From positions 65,177 to 129,176 of the forward strand of contig JAUIMI010000002.1 in the NCBI GenBank assembly GCA_030433255.1: 64,000 nucleotides of DNA. The letters run 5' to 3'. The notes under the pieces are model-generated. The model had not been told where the DNA came from. It did not search any database and saw only the letters and a program-made list of their open reading frames with translations. The stretch is from a bacterium. Lineage in GTDB: Bacteria > Patescibacteriota > Minisyncoccia > Phycocordibacterales > UBA1006. Position 1 is the first letter of the stretch. Each line of letters starts with the position of its first letter. Of the stretch, positions 1 to 10,455 are shown piece after piece. Both the position numbers and the translations under genes were made by a program.

Positions 1-475
1 TATGAGGTTTTGGTTCACCGAAATGTTTTTCTAAATCAATATAATAATTATCACCATTATTACTATCAATATATACATCAAAGAGATGTTCTTCTAGCCA
101 TTTAATTGAGTATTCACTAAAAACCGGTTTTGTCTGAAATACTCGTTCCCCTTGTTCTTCCTTAAGAAAGAAAATAACACCATCATGTCCATCAATAGTA
201 TGATTCATATTTTCACTACGCATAAAACGTGCATGTATTTTTTTACCATACCGTTTTAATTCAACGTCTTGATGGTATTGTGGTCGATGTTTTGTAAACC
301 ACAACACACCAAATACAAGAAATACAAGACCGAAAACTAAACCTAAAATAATACCAAGATTATCTTTGAGATTATTTGTAATATTTCCTGTGTACGCATA
401 ATACAAGGAAAGAGCTGTTAGCGTACACCCGAAAAATATCATAAATAAGGCTGTTTTTTTAATACGTTTTTTCAT
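1..475 (-). CDS. Membrane protein, DUF3592-like (partial, runs off window start)
   Basis: Manual translation MKKRIKKTALFMIFFG... open to base 1; two TM segments and a C-terminal VYIDSNNGDNYYIDL motif. Confidence 0.7.
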   Translation of the reverse strand, partial: MKKRIKKTALFMIFFGCTLTALSLYYAYTGNITNNLKDNLGIILGLVFGLVFLVFGVLWFTKHRPQYHQDVELKRYGKKIHARFMRSENMNHTIDGHDGVIFFLKEEQGERVFQTKPVFSEYSIKWLEEHLFDVYIDSNNGDNYYIDLEKHFGEPKPH

Positions 476-512
476 ATTTTTATTATACATCATATTTTTT
501 ATTCTTATTAAA

Positions 513-920
513 TTATCTAACTCTATAAAATAGATATACTAAAAATAAAAAGATAAGGATAGTAGTAATAAAAGAAGGTAGAGTGTGTTTCTTAAATTGA
601 TAATCATAAAAATAAATATCATCATTGAAAACATAACCTCTAAGTTCTTCATTTATTGTTCTAAGGGAATAGGTTCCCTGTTTTGGAGTATATTCATAAA
701 AAACATTATTAAGATTGTATGTATAAGTCGGAAAATAAACATCACGTTCATGTGAATCCTTAATAGAGCGAACATTAATTACTTCAACAGAAACTGGTTC
801 ACCAAAATAATATGCATAACCAGACGAGAAACCTTCAAGAAACAAATCAAAAGTTATAAATAAGAAAAAAAGCCCAAATATTAAGATAGATTTTTTTCCT
901 GTTGCAATAGGTAGGTTCAT
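513..920 (-). CDS. Small membrane protein, DUF3592-like
   Basis: TM-soluble beta segment (YFPTYTY)-TM layout. Confidence 0.55.
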   Translation of the reverse strand: MNLPIATGKKSILIFGLFFLFITFDLFLEGFSSGYAYYFGEPVSVEVINVRSIKDSHERDVYFPTYTYNLNNVFYEYTPKQGTYSLRTINEELRGYVFNDDIYFYDYQFKKHTLPSFITTILIFLFLVYLFYRVR

Positions 921-929
921 AGACTTATT

Positions 930-1709
930 TTATATACTAGATTCGAATAAAGATAAAGATGTAATCGCGGTATGTATATCATCAGGAATATTAACGAAAA
1001 TATCTATATGTTCATTATTAACATCAACAAAACTAATTCTCTGTGCATGTAATGCAGTTCGGTGAAGGCCGAGCACTTCTTTTCTCTTTCCACGATATAA
1101 AGAGTCAGCAACGATTGGATAATTCAACCATTTTAAATGAACGCGAATTTGATGAGTTCGTCCTGTTTTTGGTGAGCACTCAACCAGAGTATATTTTTGA
1201 AATTGACCTTGAACATCTTTCTTGGAATGTTCATCAACATACCGTTCAATAACACGATATGTTGTTTCTGCTTCACGTAATGTTCCCCTAGCATGATTTC
1301 CAGCAACCTTCATACGAAAATCTTTGCTATGCCGCCCAATTGGTTGATTTATAATTCCAGAGTCATGTTTAATGTGTCCATACACCAATGCATGGTATGT
1401 TTTTTCAACTTCCCTATTTTTAAATTTTTGCTTCAAATCTTCAAAGGATTCTTGTGTTTTAGCAATCACCAAAATTCCTGAAGTATCTCTATCAATACGA
1501 TGAACAATCCCTGGTCGATGTAACTCTATTTCGGTACCCTTGTGATGAATAAACATATTTTCCCCAACTCCACGTATATCGGGGTAGTTTTCAAGTATCC
1601 AATCAACAACCGTTCGCTCCTTTGTTTTCCCGTCGCTATGAACGACAAGACCACTTGGTTTATTAATAACCAAAACGTGTTTATTTTCGAAAAGAATTTC
1701 GATATTCAT
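930..1709 (-). CDS. RluA/RluD family pseudouridine synthase (no S4 domain)
   Basis: NKPSGLVVH, HRIDRDTSG (catalytic Asp), TGRTHQIRVH motifs. Confidence 0.95.
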   Translation of the reverse strand: MNIEILFENKHVLVINKPSGLVVHSDGKTKERTVVDWILENYPDIRGVGENMFIHHKGTEIELHRPGIVHRIDRDTSGILVIAKTQESFEDLKQKFKNREVEKTYHALVYGHIKHDSGIINQPIGRHSKDFRMKVAGNHARGTLREAETTYRVIERYVDEHSKKDVQGQFQKYTLVECSPKTGRTHQIRVHLKWLNYPIVADSLYRGKRKEVLGLHRTALHAQRISFVDVNNEHIDIFVNIPDDIHTAITSLSLFESSI

Positions 1710-1757
1710 ATAAAAATTCTAACATGCAGATAAATAAAAAACACTCATAAGTGTTTT

Positions 1758-3065
1758 TTATTTATCTGAAAGTTTAATACTGTGAACCTTAGAACCATGA
1801 ACAACAACACTATGAACATGTTCTGCGTTTTCAATAAACCTATTAGGATTAATTCCCATTAATTGTTCATATTTTTTATAGGTTACGCGCATTTCATGAT
1901 TGTTCATGTTTTCATTTCTATCAACCGACCATACATCTAACGCTCTCATCATGTCCATATAACGCTCTAATTCAAATTCCTCATCTGAATCAAGAACACC
2001 TGTTTCAATAATTTTATCAAAGAATTTTCGATTATAGAGAATTGAGGTAATCCCATCATTTCTAATTTTGAGAAGATCTTTTTTGGGAAGTTTTTCTCTG
2101 GCATTATTAATTTTATTAAACAATTCTTGATATTTACCTTTACCCATCATAAAAATATTATGCAAAATATCTCCTTTTTGGAAAACAAGAGACATATCAG
2201 CATATCCAAAATTAAATTGATCAATATCATCATGTAACTCTGCACATTCATCAAGAAATGCATCGGTTATCTCTGTTTTTCCTTGTTCGTATTTTTCATC
2301 ATAATATACCTTTACCCACTTAAGAAAATCATGAATTGATTCCATGTGATTATAGAGTGCGGGATTTTCATTTGTTTTTTTATGAATATTTTTAGTATAT
2401 GTATCAACAAGATTATGCATATAATCCAATGAATGTTTATGAGCTTGGTTAAAATACTCTCTGTGTCTTTCATGGATTGTATTAATATTTTCAATATCCA
2501 TAGAGCTCGTTTTTACTTGAGTGAGATTAATTTTCTTATCGTAAAACTCGAGCAAATCTATCTCATACGCTGCATCTAGAAAATCATCAGTTCCAATTAA
2601 AACATTATTGTTGTTTTTATGTGCTTCCTTATATACAGTACTTACACGTTCATACACAGCATTAATTCCTTTTACGATACCTTCTGCATAGTAGTGTGAT
2701 TCTTTAGGATTAACAGAGTCAAATGCTGTTCGAGTTGCTGAGTATAAGTTACCCTGTTGATCTTCGGAGATACTAGTTTTGTAAAAAAATCTATCCCTTC
2801 CAACTAAAATTCTTAGTGCCTTATTTTGAAATCGTGATTCTAATTCCCTAAGCGTACGTTTTTCAAATTGTTCATCTTTATTCATCTTTTCAACTCTTGT
2901 TAAATTTAACTTAACATCACGATCAATAATATCTGATTTAATTTTAGTAGCTTCGTCCATTAAACGATCTCGAGTTGTTTTTTCTAAACTAGACTCAAAT
3001 GAGACTTCTTTAATCGAAACTGATTCTGCTTTATTCTTTTTATTAATAAACATTTCAAATGACAT
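1758..3065 (-). CDS. Hypothetical helical protein
   Basis: 435-aa ORF with leaderless-type -10 (TATTAT) upstream and terminator-like hairpin downstream; no recognised motif. Confidence 0.7.
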   Translation of the reverse strand: MSFEMFINKKNKAESVSIKEVSFESSLEKTTRDRLMDEATKIKSDIIDRDVKLNLTRVEKMNKDEQFEKRTLRELESRFQNKALRILVGRDRFFYKTSISEDQQGNLYSATRTAFDSVNPKESHYYAEGIVKGINAVYERVSTVYKEAHKNNNNVLIGTDDFLDAAYEIDLLEFYDKKINLTQVKTSSMDIENINTIHERHREYFNQAHKHSLDYMHNLVDTYTKNIHKKTNENPALYNHMESIHDFLKWVKVYYDEKYEQGKTEITDAFLDECAELHDDIDQFNFGYADMSLVFQKGDILHNIFMMGKGKYQELFNKINNAREKLPKKDLLKIRNDGITSILYNRKFFDKIIETGVLDSDEEFELERYMDMMRALDVWSVDRNENMNNHEMRVTYKKYEQLMGINPNRFIENAEHVHSVVVHGSKVHSIKLSDK

Positions 3066-3133
3066 GTATTAATAATACAATTAAAATAATTTATAACAAA
3101 TCGTACCTATTAAATAAATGATATACTAACACT

Positions 3134-3703
3134 ATGATTTCATATCTTACTGGAAAACCACTATTTGAAGTAGATGCCACTCTTGTTTTAGATGTGCGTG
3201 ATGTTGGCTATACAATATATGTTACTGAGGCGACACTTTCATGGGCACTGATGCAAACAACAATTTCTCTGTGGATTCATACCCTTGTCCGTGAAAATAA
3301 TTTTGATCTGTACGGATTTGAAACAAAAAACGAACTATATTTTTTTAAAAAACTTATTGATGTTTCGGGTATTGGACCAAAATCAGCACTTGGTATCATT
3401 GCACTTGCCTCAACTGATACCCTGTATCAAGCTATTGTGAATAATAATATTAGCTTCCTTACCTCTGTTCCTGGAATAGGAAAAAAAACAGCAGAACGTA
3501 TGTGTGTTGAGTTACGGGATAAATTAAAAGATTATGCAGGAGAAACAAAACAATCAGTTCACGAAGGAGATAATGATGTTGTTGATGCTCTGGTTTCGCT
3601 AGGGTATTCCCCATCGCAAGCCTACAAAGCATTAGAGAACATAGATACTGCAATTACTGAAACGAGTGAAAGAATTAAAGCTGCTCTGGGTCAGATAACA
3701 TAA
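3134..3703 (+). CDS. ruvA: Holliday junction branch migration protein RuvA
   Basis: MISYLTG, VSGIGPKSAL and VPGIGKKTAER HhH motifs, ALVSLGY C-terminal domain. Confidence 0.97.
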   Translation: MISYLTGKPLFEVDATLVLDVRDVGYTIYVTEATLSWALMQTTISLWIHTLVRENNFDLYGFETKNELYFFKKLIDVSGIGPKSALGIIALASTDTLYQAIVNNNISFLTSVPGIGKKTAERMCVELRDKLKDYAGETKQSVHEGDNDVVDALVSLGYSPSQAYKALENIDTAITETSERIKAALGQIT

Positions 3704-3732
3704 AAAACGAAGATAATATTCTTCGTTTTTTA
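3701..3732. terminator. Bidirectional intrinsic terminator
   Basis: AAAAAACGAAG-loop-CTTCGTTTTTT directly after the ruvA stop. Confidence 0.8.
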
Positions 3733-3777
3733 TGTGTGAGGTAATTTTTAGTAAAATAATTTATCGAAACATAATTA

Positions 3778-3806
3778 TTGACTTTATGTCAATTTTTTGT
3801 TAAATT
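3778..3806 (+). promoter_or_regulatory. sigma70-type promoter
   Basis: TTGACT-17 bp-TAAATT with extended TG. Confidence 0.6.
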
Positions 3807-3840
3807 AATAACAAAATTATATTAACAAAAAAATAACACA

Positions 3841-5670
3841 ATGAAGACAATTAAACACTTACTACTGTTACTTATAACTATTCTCACTTTTTCATGCGAA
3901 AAAGATGATGAGATTGTTGTTGATAATGAAGCATTTCAATATCAATTACATCTTACGGATACACTTAGTTATATAACAGAACCCTATGAAACAGTTCTCA
4001 TACCACTAGATGCAACAGCACCTGAATATGACCTTGTTCAGGTTCGGTTTAAAAAAAATGGGCAACCGTTTAAAACAAGTGATTTAGAATATATTGGAGA
4101 AAATACATGGAGACGTGGTGGAATTGCTGGAGATAGTAACTTCGATATTACCCCGAATGATAATATTAGTGGTGCAATTACTGCCTTACTGGTTATCAAT
4201 ACCATTGAGAAACCTAATACTGAATTAAGTATTAATATTAATTGGCCTCAAGATACCACTCCTGTTGAATATGAAACTATAGAAATATCATCAATTCAAC
4301 AATCAACGTTGTCAGGAAACACTCTTGTCACTGAAAACTTGTTTCATCAAAATAGTTACAATACAGGGCAACTTGTTACTCGACTATTTTATAATGGTAC
4401 AGAGCTTGGAGATGATATCAACACCTTTGTTGGTGTAAATGGTTCTACACATAGCACCTACACCCACTCTCAAATACAAGGAAATCGTACATATCAAATG
4501 TTGGTAGAAAATACTAATCCAGATGAGCCGACCTACGCTTTTGTTGATAGTGCTGGAGATATCATTGTTGACACTAATAGTGAGCCGGTTTCTTCTATTG
4601 TGTTGGAGTTTACAACCCTCGAGGTAACAGCACAAGTTGAAAGTCAAACACCTAATGTGGGACCAAATAGTATTATGATTAATGCTGAGGTTTCTACCAA
4701 CAGCACATTATCAGAAGATATTACGGTTAAATTATTTCCTCAAGGAAGTACCACCGAAATATATAGTTCATCGGTATTTTCAACACCATCTGGTGGAGGT
4801 AATTTATTTATTAATGATTTGCTAATTGATGGATTAACAAGTGGTTCCCACTATGATTTAAAATACTTTCTCAATACTAACACTACGCCGTTTGCCACAT
4901 ATACGCTAACGACACTTTCATCAGGAAGTTTTAGTGCAATTTTTGGTACCATTAATGAAAATGTTAATGGTGGTGAGGTGCAAATTATTTGGGGTAATCA
5001 ATCTGGTGATGATATTAATGGATTTTGGGAATTTTCAGGAACTGATGTTCAGGGAAATAATTATATATATACCGAACCAATAAATTTCAACAATGGATTA
5101 ATTAATCAATCGACACTACAAACAATTAGTGGTTTCCAACAAAATTCATTCATTACTGTACGTATATTAATTAATGATGTTCCATATATAGAAACTTCTT
5201 TTGGGACAAACCCAATAACGTATTCAAATTATCAAAACATAGGATTAGATGACACATCAAACCCTATTGAACTGAATCCAGGTGAAGGAAATATAAATAG
5301 GTCAAAAATAACATTTAGCTCAAATGGAATAGGTACAATTACTACTGTTATTTTCCGATTGATAAATAATAATGGACTGAATCCAAATGGATATATTGAT
5401 AATGTAAGTTTCGCTGGAGGCCCTCATTTTGATGTAACCTTTACTGAAACAAGTACTGGTTCAGGTGTTTGGGAGGCAAATCTCAATATAGATAATACTA
5501 TTTTATCTGGATCAAATATGTATACGGTAGGTATTGGTACAGAAAATTACACTGTTTCAACAACAGGAACAAGTGATGATTTTGATTTGCAGGTTCTTAT
5601 TATTGATGAAAACAATATTCTCACTGATGAGTTCGCAAACAGTATTCTCTTACAATTTAATGAAATCTAA
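3841..5670 (+). CDS. Bacteroidota-like surface lipoprotein, Thr/Ser/Asn-rich beta-sandwich domains
   Basis: Signal peptide ending LTFS-C followed by EKDDE. Confidence 0.75.
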   Translation: MKTIKHLLLLLITILTFSCEKDDEIVVDNEAFQYQLHLTDTLSYITEPYETVLIPLDATAPEYDLVQVRFKKNGQPFKTSDLEYIGENTWRRGGIAGDSNFDITPNDNISGAITALLVINTIEKPNTELSININWPQDTTPVEYETIEISSIQQSTLSGNTLVTENLFHQNSYNTGQLVTRLFYNGTELGDDINTFVGVNGSTHSTYTHSQIQGNRTYQMLVENTNPDEPTYAFVDSAGDIIVDTNSEPVSSIVLEFTTLEVTAQVESQTPNVGPNSIMINAEVSTNSTLSEDITVKLFPQGSTTEIYSSSVFSTPSGGGNLFINDLLIDGLTSGSHYDLKYFLNTNTTPFATYTLTTLSSGSFSAIFGTINENVNGGEVQIIWGNQSGDDINGFWEFSGTDVQGNNYIYTEPINFNNGLINQSTLQTISGFQQNSFITVRILINDVPYIETSFGTNPITYSNYQNIGLDDTSNPIELNPGEGNINRSKITFSSNGIGTITTVIFRLINNNGLNPNGYIDNVSFAGGPHFDVTFTETSTGSGVWEANLNIDNTILSGSNMYTVGIGTENYTVSTTGTSDDFDLQVLIIDENNILTDEFANSILLQFNEI

Positions 5671-5673
5671 AAC

Positions 5674-5704
5674 AAAAAACCTTACAGATATCTGTAAGGT
5701 TTTT
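5674..5704. terminator. Intrinsic terminator
   Basis: AAAAAACCTTACAGATATCTGTAAGGTTTTT. Confidence 0.85.
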
Positions 5705-5705
5705 A

Positions 5706-5734
5706 TTGACAAAAAATTAATATAATTGTATTAT
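5706..5734 (+). promoter_or_regulatory. sigma70-type promoter
   Basis: TTGACA-17 bp-TATTAT. Confidence 0.7.
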
Positions 5735-5792
5735 ATTAATCAAATGTTTCTAAAATGGGAACGTATAGTTTAACAATTTAAAACCAAAATCA

Positions 5793-7103
5793 ATGAAAAA
5801 ATTATTTTTCTTATTATCTGTCTTAATTATTTTTTTATCAACTTCTTGTACAACAGAAGATGATTGTGAAGTTATGGTGCAAGAAATATACGCATCAATG
5901 AACTACATGAGTGTATACAATGTCACTGAATACAGTGCGGATGTATCAGCTAATATTTATATTAGTAGTAATGAACCACAAATAATAAAAATGTATCTTT
6001 ATGGTGGAGGTGGAATAGAACCTATTCAAGCCTTTGAATATGTAACAACTGGTAGTGAATTTCAAATTACTGAAACACTACAAGGGTTATCTCCATTTCA
6101 TGCATATGAATTAAGATTCTTTTTAAACGATTATTTAGATGTAGGAGATTCATTTTATTTTAAAGAATTTGCTACCTTAAATAATCCAAGTGTTGATTTT
6201 ACTAATTTACCTATAAACGATATGGTTTTTGTCCAATCAACTGGTTTTGTGTATGCCACTATCCCAAGTTCATACGGTCAAAACGGTAATAGTGTTGCAA
6301 TTATTAACCCAGAAACTCAAGAAATTACTTTCTTGCCTGTTGGCCCAGAACCTACTGTAATTCGTACAAATAACACAGAAGACTATTTATATGTTTCTTG
6401 TGGAACGCAGGTATATCAAATTAACGTAAATTCAAATAGTGTTAATGTATTATTCAATGTTGCCTTAGATTCAGATTGGCCTTTAGTAATAGAAGATATG
6501 GCCATATATCCAAACCAAAACATTGTGGCTGTAAGTCTTATGACAACTGGGGGTGCATCAAATTTTGAAGCTGTTGTTATTTATGATAATGGTATTCAGA
6601 GACCAGATATTATTGGTGATGATTTTTCTGAAAATGACGCCCACACTATTACCTTTATTGGTACTAATTTATGGGGATATAATAATAAAAGCACTGCTTT
6701 TGAATTAAGCCTCTATGATTTATACAGTCAGGGTATAGAAGAAATGGATGAATATCAAAATGTAATTAGCGGGTTTTATTTAACACTTACCTCTTATGGA
6801 GATTATCTATTTACCGAAAAAGGACATATCGTTGAAGTGGCTGGTGAAGAAATAGAACAAGCTATTACGATTAACGGAGAATTTAGTGGAAAAGATATGA
6901 CCATAGACCAAGAGAATGAGCTTATTATTTATCTTAAAAATGACGATAATAGTATATTGAGATATGACTTAAATAATTATACCCTTTTTGATGAGTTTGA
7001 AATTCAAGATAAAGAAGGGGATTTAGAACAAGTTGTATGCACCGGTGAATCATCGTATGTGCTTAGTACTGATGAAAATGAATTAATTTTTCTTAATTTA
7101 TAA
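5793..7103 (+). CDS. Bacteroidota-like lipoprotein, FN3-like domain plus YncE/YVTN-like beta-propeller
   Basis: Lipobox LSTS-C-TTEDD; GLSPFHAYELR FN3-like motif; NSVAIINP..LPVGPEP propeller blades. Confidence 0.7.
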   Translation: MKKLFFLLSVLIIFLSTSCTTEDDCEVMVQEIYASMNYMSVYNVTEYSADVSANIYISSNEPQIIKMYLYGGGGIEPIQAFEYVTTGSEFQITETLQGLSPFHAYELRFFLNDYLDVGDSFYFKEFATLNNPSVDFTNLPINDMVFVQSTGFVYATIPSSYGQNGNSVAIINPETQEITFLPVGPEPTVIRTNNTEDYLYVSCGTQVYQINVNSNSVNVLFNVALDSDWPLVIEDMAIYPNQNIVAVSLMTTGGASNFEAVVIYDNGIQRPDIIGDDFSENDAHTITFIGTNLWGYNNKSTAFELSLYDLYSQGIEEMDEYQNVISGFYLTLTSYGDYLFTEKGHIVEVAGEEIEQAITINGEFSGKDMTIDQENELIIYLKNDDNSILRYDLNNYTLFDEFEIQDKEGDLEQVVCTGESSYVLSTDENELIFLNL

Positions 7104-7114
7104 AAATAGAATAC

Positions 7115-7147
7115 AAAAAACCTTACATCTACCTGTAAGGTTTTTTT
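7115..7147. terminator. Bidirectional terminator between convergent genes
   Basis: AAAAAACCTTACA-TCTACC-TGTAAGGTTTTTT; same stem as the 5674 terminator. Confidence 0.85.
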
Positions 7148-7619
7148 ATTTAAAAACTGAATATGCAGCAATACCAAACGCAACTGAAACATTTAATGAT
7201 TCCTTTTCCCCACGCATTGGTATTTCAATAATATCGTGAGCAAGAAGTAATATTTCTGGATCAAAACCAGTTGTTTCTTCACCCATAGCAAGAATTAATT
7301 CTAGTGTATTACTATCATGCACAAAACGATCATACACAACAGAATTGTTATGTTGTTCAACACATACTAATCGTGCACCTTCGTTTTTTAAAGCAACAAT
7401 GTCTTCAGGAATATTTGATAACTGAGACCATGAAACTGATTGTTCAGCACCGAGTGCAATCTTATGCATATCATTTCGGTTTCTTCCGAAACGATCAACA
7501 GGCAGTGGTGTGTATCCAGATAAATAAATATGATCAATACCAACAGCATCTACTGTTCGAAATATAGAACCAACATTATATACAGAACGAATATTATGTA
7601 ACCAAACTGATTTTTTCAT
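7146..7619 (-). CDS. TrmH/SpoU family RNA methyltransferase
   Basis: NIRSVYNVGSIFRT, GEETTG, IEIPMRGEKESLNVSVA SPOUT motifs. Confidence 0.93.
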   Translation of the reverse strand: MKKSVWLHNIRSVYNVGSIFRTVDAVGIDHIYLSGYTPLPVDRFGRNRNDMHKIALGAEQSVSWSQLSNIPEDIVALKNEGARLVCVEQHNNSVVYDRFVHDSNTLELILAMGEETTGFDPEILLLAHDIIEIPMRGEKESLNVSVAFGIAAYSVFK

Positions 7620-7651
7620 AGAAATTAATACTAGTTAACGTAGAAGAAAAA

Positions 7652-8194
7652 TTAGGAAGGGGTAATACAATAAGCGTAATCATATCTTCCTGATGAACCC
7701 ATAAAGGGGTCGAGGTTGGGAAAATATGTATTAGTTGAAAAAACTAAAGCATAAGTATCATCACGAGCATCCGGACAATATGAATAAACTTCAGAATAAT
7801 AATCCCCTTCTGCATAAAACATACATTCAACACTATTTAAATCTAAAGTACCTGAATATGTACTAATATAAATCTCTAAATCTTCAAGAAATTTTTGCCA
7901 ATTTGCATAATAAGTTGAACCAAAACCAAGACCACTACTACTCGGGCAATTTGCGGCAAAATAACGAACTTCACCTCCGCTTGTAAATGTTGACCAATCA
8001 TTATCTCCAGGATAATGTCCGTGATCAATATGATACATTTCCAAAACCTGAGATAAAGCTCGTATACGAGCAAGACTACGTGTATCACCTGCTTTAGTAC
8101 GAGCATTATTTAGAGAAGCAAGAACAACTGTTGCTAGAACTCCAATAATAGCTATAACTACCAGTAATTCAATAAGTGTAAATCCTTTTTTCAT
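7652..8194 (-). CDS. Type IV pilin / GspG-like pseudopilin
   Basis: Class III signal KKG|[16 protein letters not shown]; start placed at MKKG after a TGtTATCAT -10. Confidence 0.92.
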   Translation of the reverse strand: MKKGFTLIELLVVIAIIGVLATVVLASLNNARTKAGDTRSLARIRALSQVLEMYHIDHGHYPGDNDWSTFTSGGEVRYFAANCPSSSGLGFGSTYYANWQKFLEDLEIYISTYSGTLDLNSVECMFYAEGDYYSEVYSYCPDARDDTYALVFSTNTYFPNLDPFMGSSGRYDYAYCITPS

Positions 8195-8231
8195 ATAAAG
8201 ATATGATAACATAAAAACATTTACAATTTAA

Positions 8232-9230
8232 TTAAAAATCAAGAAAGTATCCATTATCTAAGGTTAATGGAATCTCTGGACAACCAAGAATCTTATTCGC
8301 TTGATATCGTGTTGATTGATACCAATATCCTGTAGGCTCTTTAAGGTTCCATGGGTCAAGTATTTCTTCTCGATACTTTTCTTGAAAATCTTTAATCGCC
8401 TGGGTAGTATTTCCACCGTTAATACCATCAAGGATTAGTGATCTTTCCAAGTGCTGATTCAAAAAATTTTGAATTCTTTTAATTTCTGGACTATAGGTTC
8501 CCTTTTTATGGTAGGTATTGAAAGGAACATTACATTTCTCATCATCAATAACCACCTCTTGATTATCTGAAATTGCAACCTCATTTAACTGTTCAATAAT
8601 TTCTTGTGTCGCCTCGTCATATTCACATAGTGAGGAATCATGTCTCCCAAAAGAAGAACTGTAGTTTATAGCGTCTGGATCTTTACAGATATATCTCACT
8701 GATCCTCCCCCTGAACCACTACTTGAGCTATTACTTGTACATGTGAAATCGAATTGCACGTAACCTGGATTTCCAGCACCAACAGATGAATCAAATACTA
8801 ACCATCCAGCATTTTGAATCCAAGCCTCCCCATTCAAAACTCCATTACTATCAACAGTTACACCACCATTAGTTGGGGCAAAGTTAATCCATCCAGCACT
8901 GCTTCCCCAAGCGAAACCAGATAGAGTTCCTGTTTGAGTATTTGCATCACAACTAATACCAACATTATAATTAGTTCCTGAAAACTGAATCCAACCTAAA
9001 CCTGCGGACCACGCCTGTCCGGTCAAGCCGGTATTTGCATCCAAATTAGCAGCTAAAGATGCATTAGTAGGAGCAAAATTAACATTTTCAGCCCCCACAG
9101 CAACAAAACCTGGGTTATCAATATAGGCTGTTTGGTTTCCCGAAATTACTCCTCCAGCATACGCAACAGAATTACCAACAGCAAACAAAGAGAAAATTAT
9201 AAAAAATTTTTTAAGCGTAGTATAACTCAT
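8232..9230 (-). CDS. Secreted protein: GxAW..GWI repeats, Cys module and C-terminal peptidoglycan-binding domain
   Basis: Signal peptide; GQAWSAGLGWIQF-type repeats; IQNFLN..LDGING..T..AIKDFQ PG-binding motif. Confidence 0.75.
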   Translation of the reverse strand: MSYTTLKKFFIIFSLFAVGNSVAYAGGVISGNQTAYIDNPGFVAVGAENVNFAPTNASLAANLDANTGLTGQAWSAGLGWIQFSGTNYNVGISCDANTQTGTLSGFAWGSSAGWINFAPTNGGVTVDSNGVLNGEAWIQNAGWLVFDSSVGAGNPGYVQFDFTCTSNSSSSGSGGGSVRYICKDPDAINYSSSFGRHDSSLCEYDEATQEIIEQLNEVAISDNQEVVIDDEKCNVPFNTYHKKGTYSPEIKRIQNFLNQHLERSLILDGINGGNTTQAIKDFQEKYREEILDPWNLKEPTGYWYQSTRYQANKILGCPEIPLTLDNGYFLDF

Positions 9231-9234
9231 AAAT

Positions 9235-10428
9235 TTAGAAGGTACTTAAGGCGCTACGTTTCCACCCAGCACTTGTTTTTACATAGAAGAAATCATCATC
9301 ATATGCATAATCTCCTTCTTCGCCGCTAGCATCTGCAGTACTTGTCGGTGTGAAGTTTTGTCTTAAGGTGTTATTTACCCATTCTTTGTTGACTAAAACC
9401 TTTTCAGTAGCACTATCAATATTAGAGACATCACCATTGTAATTAATGATTCCACTAAAATCACTTTCTGCTTCTCCTTGATTCCAAATGAATCGAAGTT
9501 TATGGCCTTCATTATCCAAATGCTGTTTGAGAGATGTTATATCTCCACCTCCACCACCTTGTAGATAAGCAACGTCACCCGTGAAATTTAAAGTTGTACC
9601 TAAATTTGCAGTACTAACATCAAAATCCAAAAAAATAGCTTGTGCTCCAGTGAGCGTTCCTTGTCGTAAATCAACTGTTGGGTGCATCCCTTGTGCAAAA
9701 GCAACTGTTGCATTTGGATTATTAACAAGAACATTAGGAGAAACACCTCTCATAACCTGACTTACACTTGCGGGTTGGTTACCCTCAAGTTTCACCCGTA
9801 CAACCTGACCATTGAGAAATCCAACATCTCCGCCTCCAAGGTGGTAAGATTTCACGTCAGATCCATATACCAAAAGATTATCAGAATTACCAGTCTTTCT
9901 AACTCCAATATCAAAACCTGTTGTTCCTTCTGAATTATCATTACTTGAATCTATTATATTTCTCAAATCACCCCAATATCTTCCAACACCTGATGGATTT
10001 GCCGTTCTTTCAAGTTGAATAAGTCTATTAGCAATGGAACCACCAATTGATGGATCTTCTGTTTGATTCTGCCAAATAGTAGGATTGAAAAAAGTAGTGT
10101 CAGTTTCAGGTGTTGCAAGGAAAATTTCCTTACTCTCTAAAACTGTTTTGCCAGTAGCATCGTCAAGTAGAATTTTTGTCCCATTATTTGAATCATCATG
10201 ATCTCCAATAACAGTAACAAGATCGCCTCCAGTACGAGTTCCGCTATCTGTATACCCTTGATGATTTAAGTTAACAAAACAGTTTGGGTCGCCAAGTGAA
10301 CAATCTGGGTCAATCTCTTGAAGATCAGGAGTATAGCCACCAATAGGAGGAACCCCTCCAATAGCAAAACTAGCGGTTGCTGTCGCTAAAAAAATGAATA
10401 AAATTCCGTAAAATATTTTTGTTTTCAT
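9235..10428 (-). CDS. Secreted adhesin/tail-fibre-like protein
   Basis: Signal peptide; DPDCSLGDPNCFV motif; beta-helix-like middle; C-terminal GEEGDYAYDDDFFYVKTSAGWKRSALSTF. Confidence 0.6.
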   Translation of the reverse strand: MKTKIFYGILFIFLATATASFAIGGVPPIGGYTPDLQEIDPDCSLGDPNCFVNLNHQGYTDSGTRTGGDLVTVIGDHDDSNNGTKILLDDATGKTVLESKEIFLATPETDTTFFNPTIWQNQTEDPSIGGSIANRLIQLERTANPSGVGRYWGDLRNIIDSSNDNSEGTTGFDIGVRKTGNSDNLLVYGSDVKSYHLGGGDVGFLNGQVVRVKLEGNQPASVSQVMRGVSPNVLVNNPNATVAFAQGMHPTVDLRQGTLTGAQAIFLDFDVSTANLGTTLNFTGDVAYLQGGGGGDITSLKQHLDNEGHKLRFIWNQGEAESDFSGIINYNGDVSNIDSATEKVLVNKEWVNNTLRQNFTPTSTADASGEEGDYAYDDDFFYVKTSAGWKRSALSTF

Positions 10429-10455
10429 AAATAATTTTTTTAAAAAAGTGAATAA

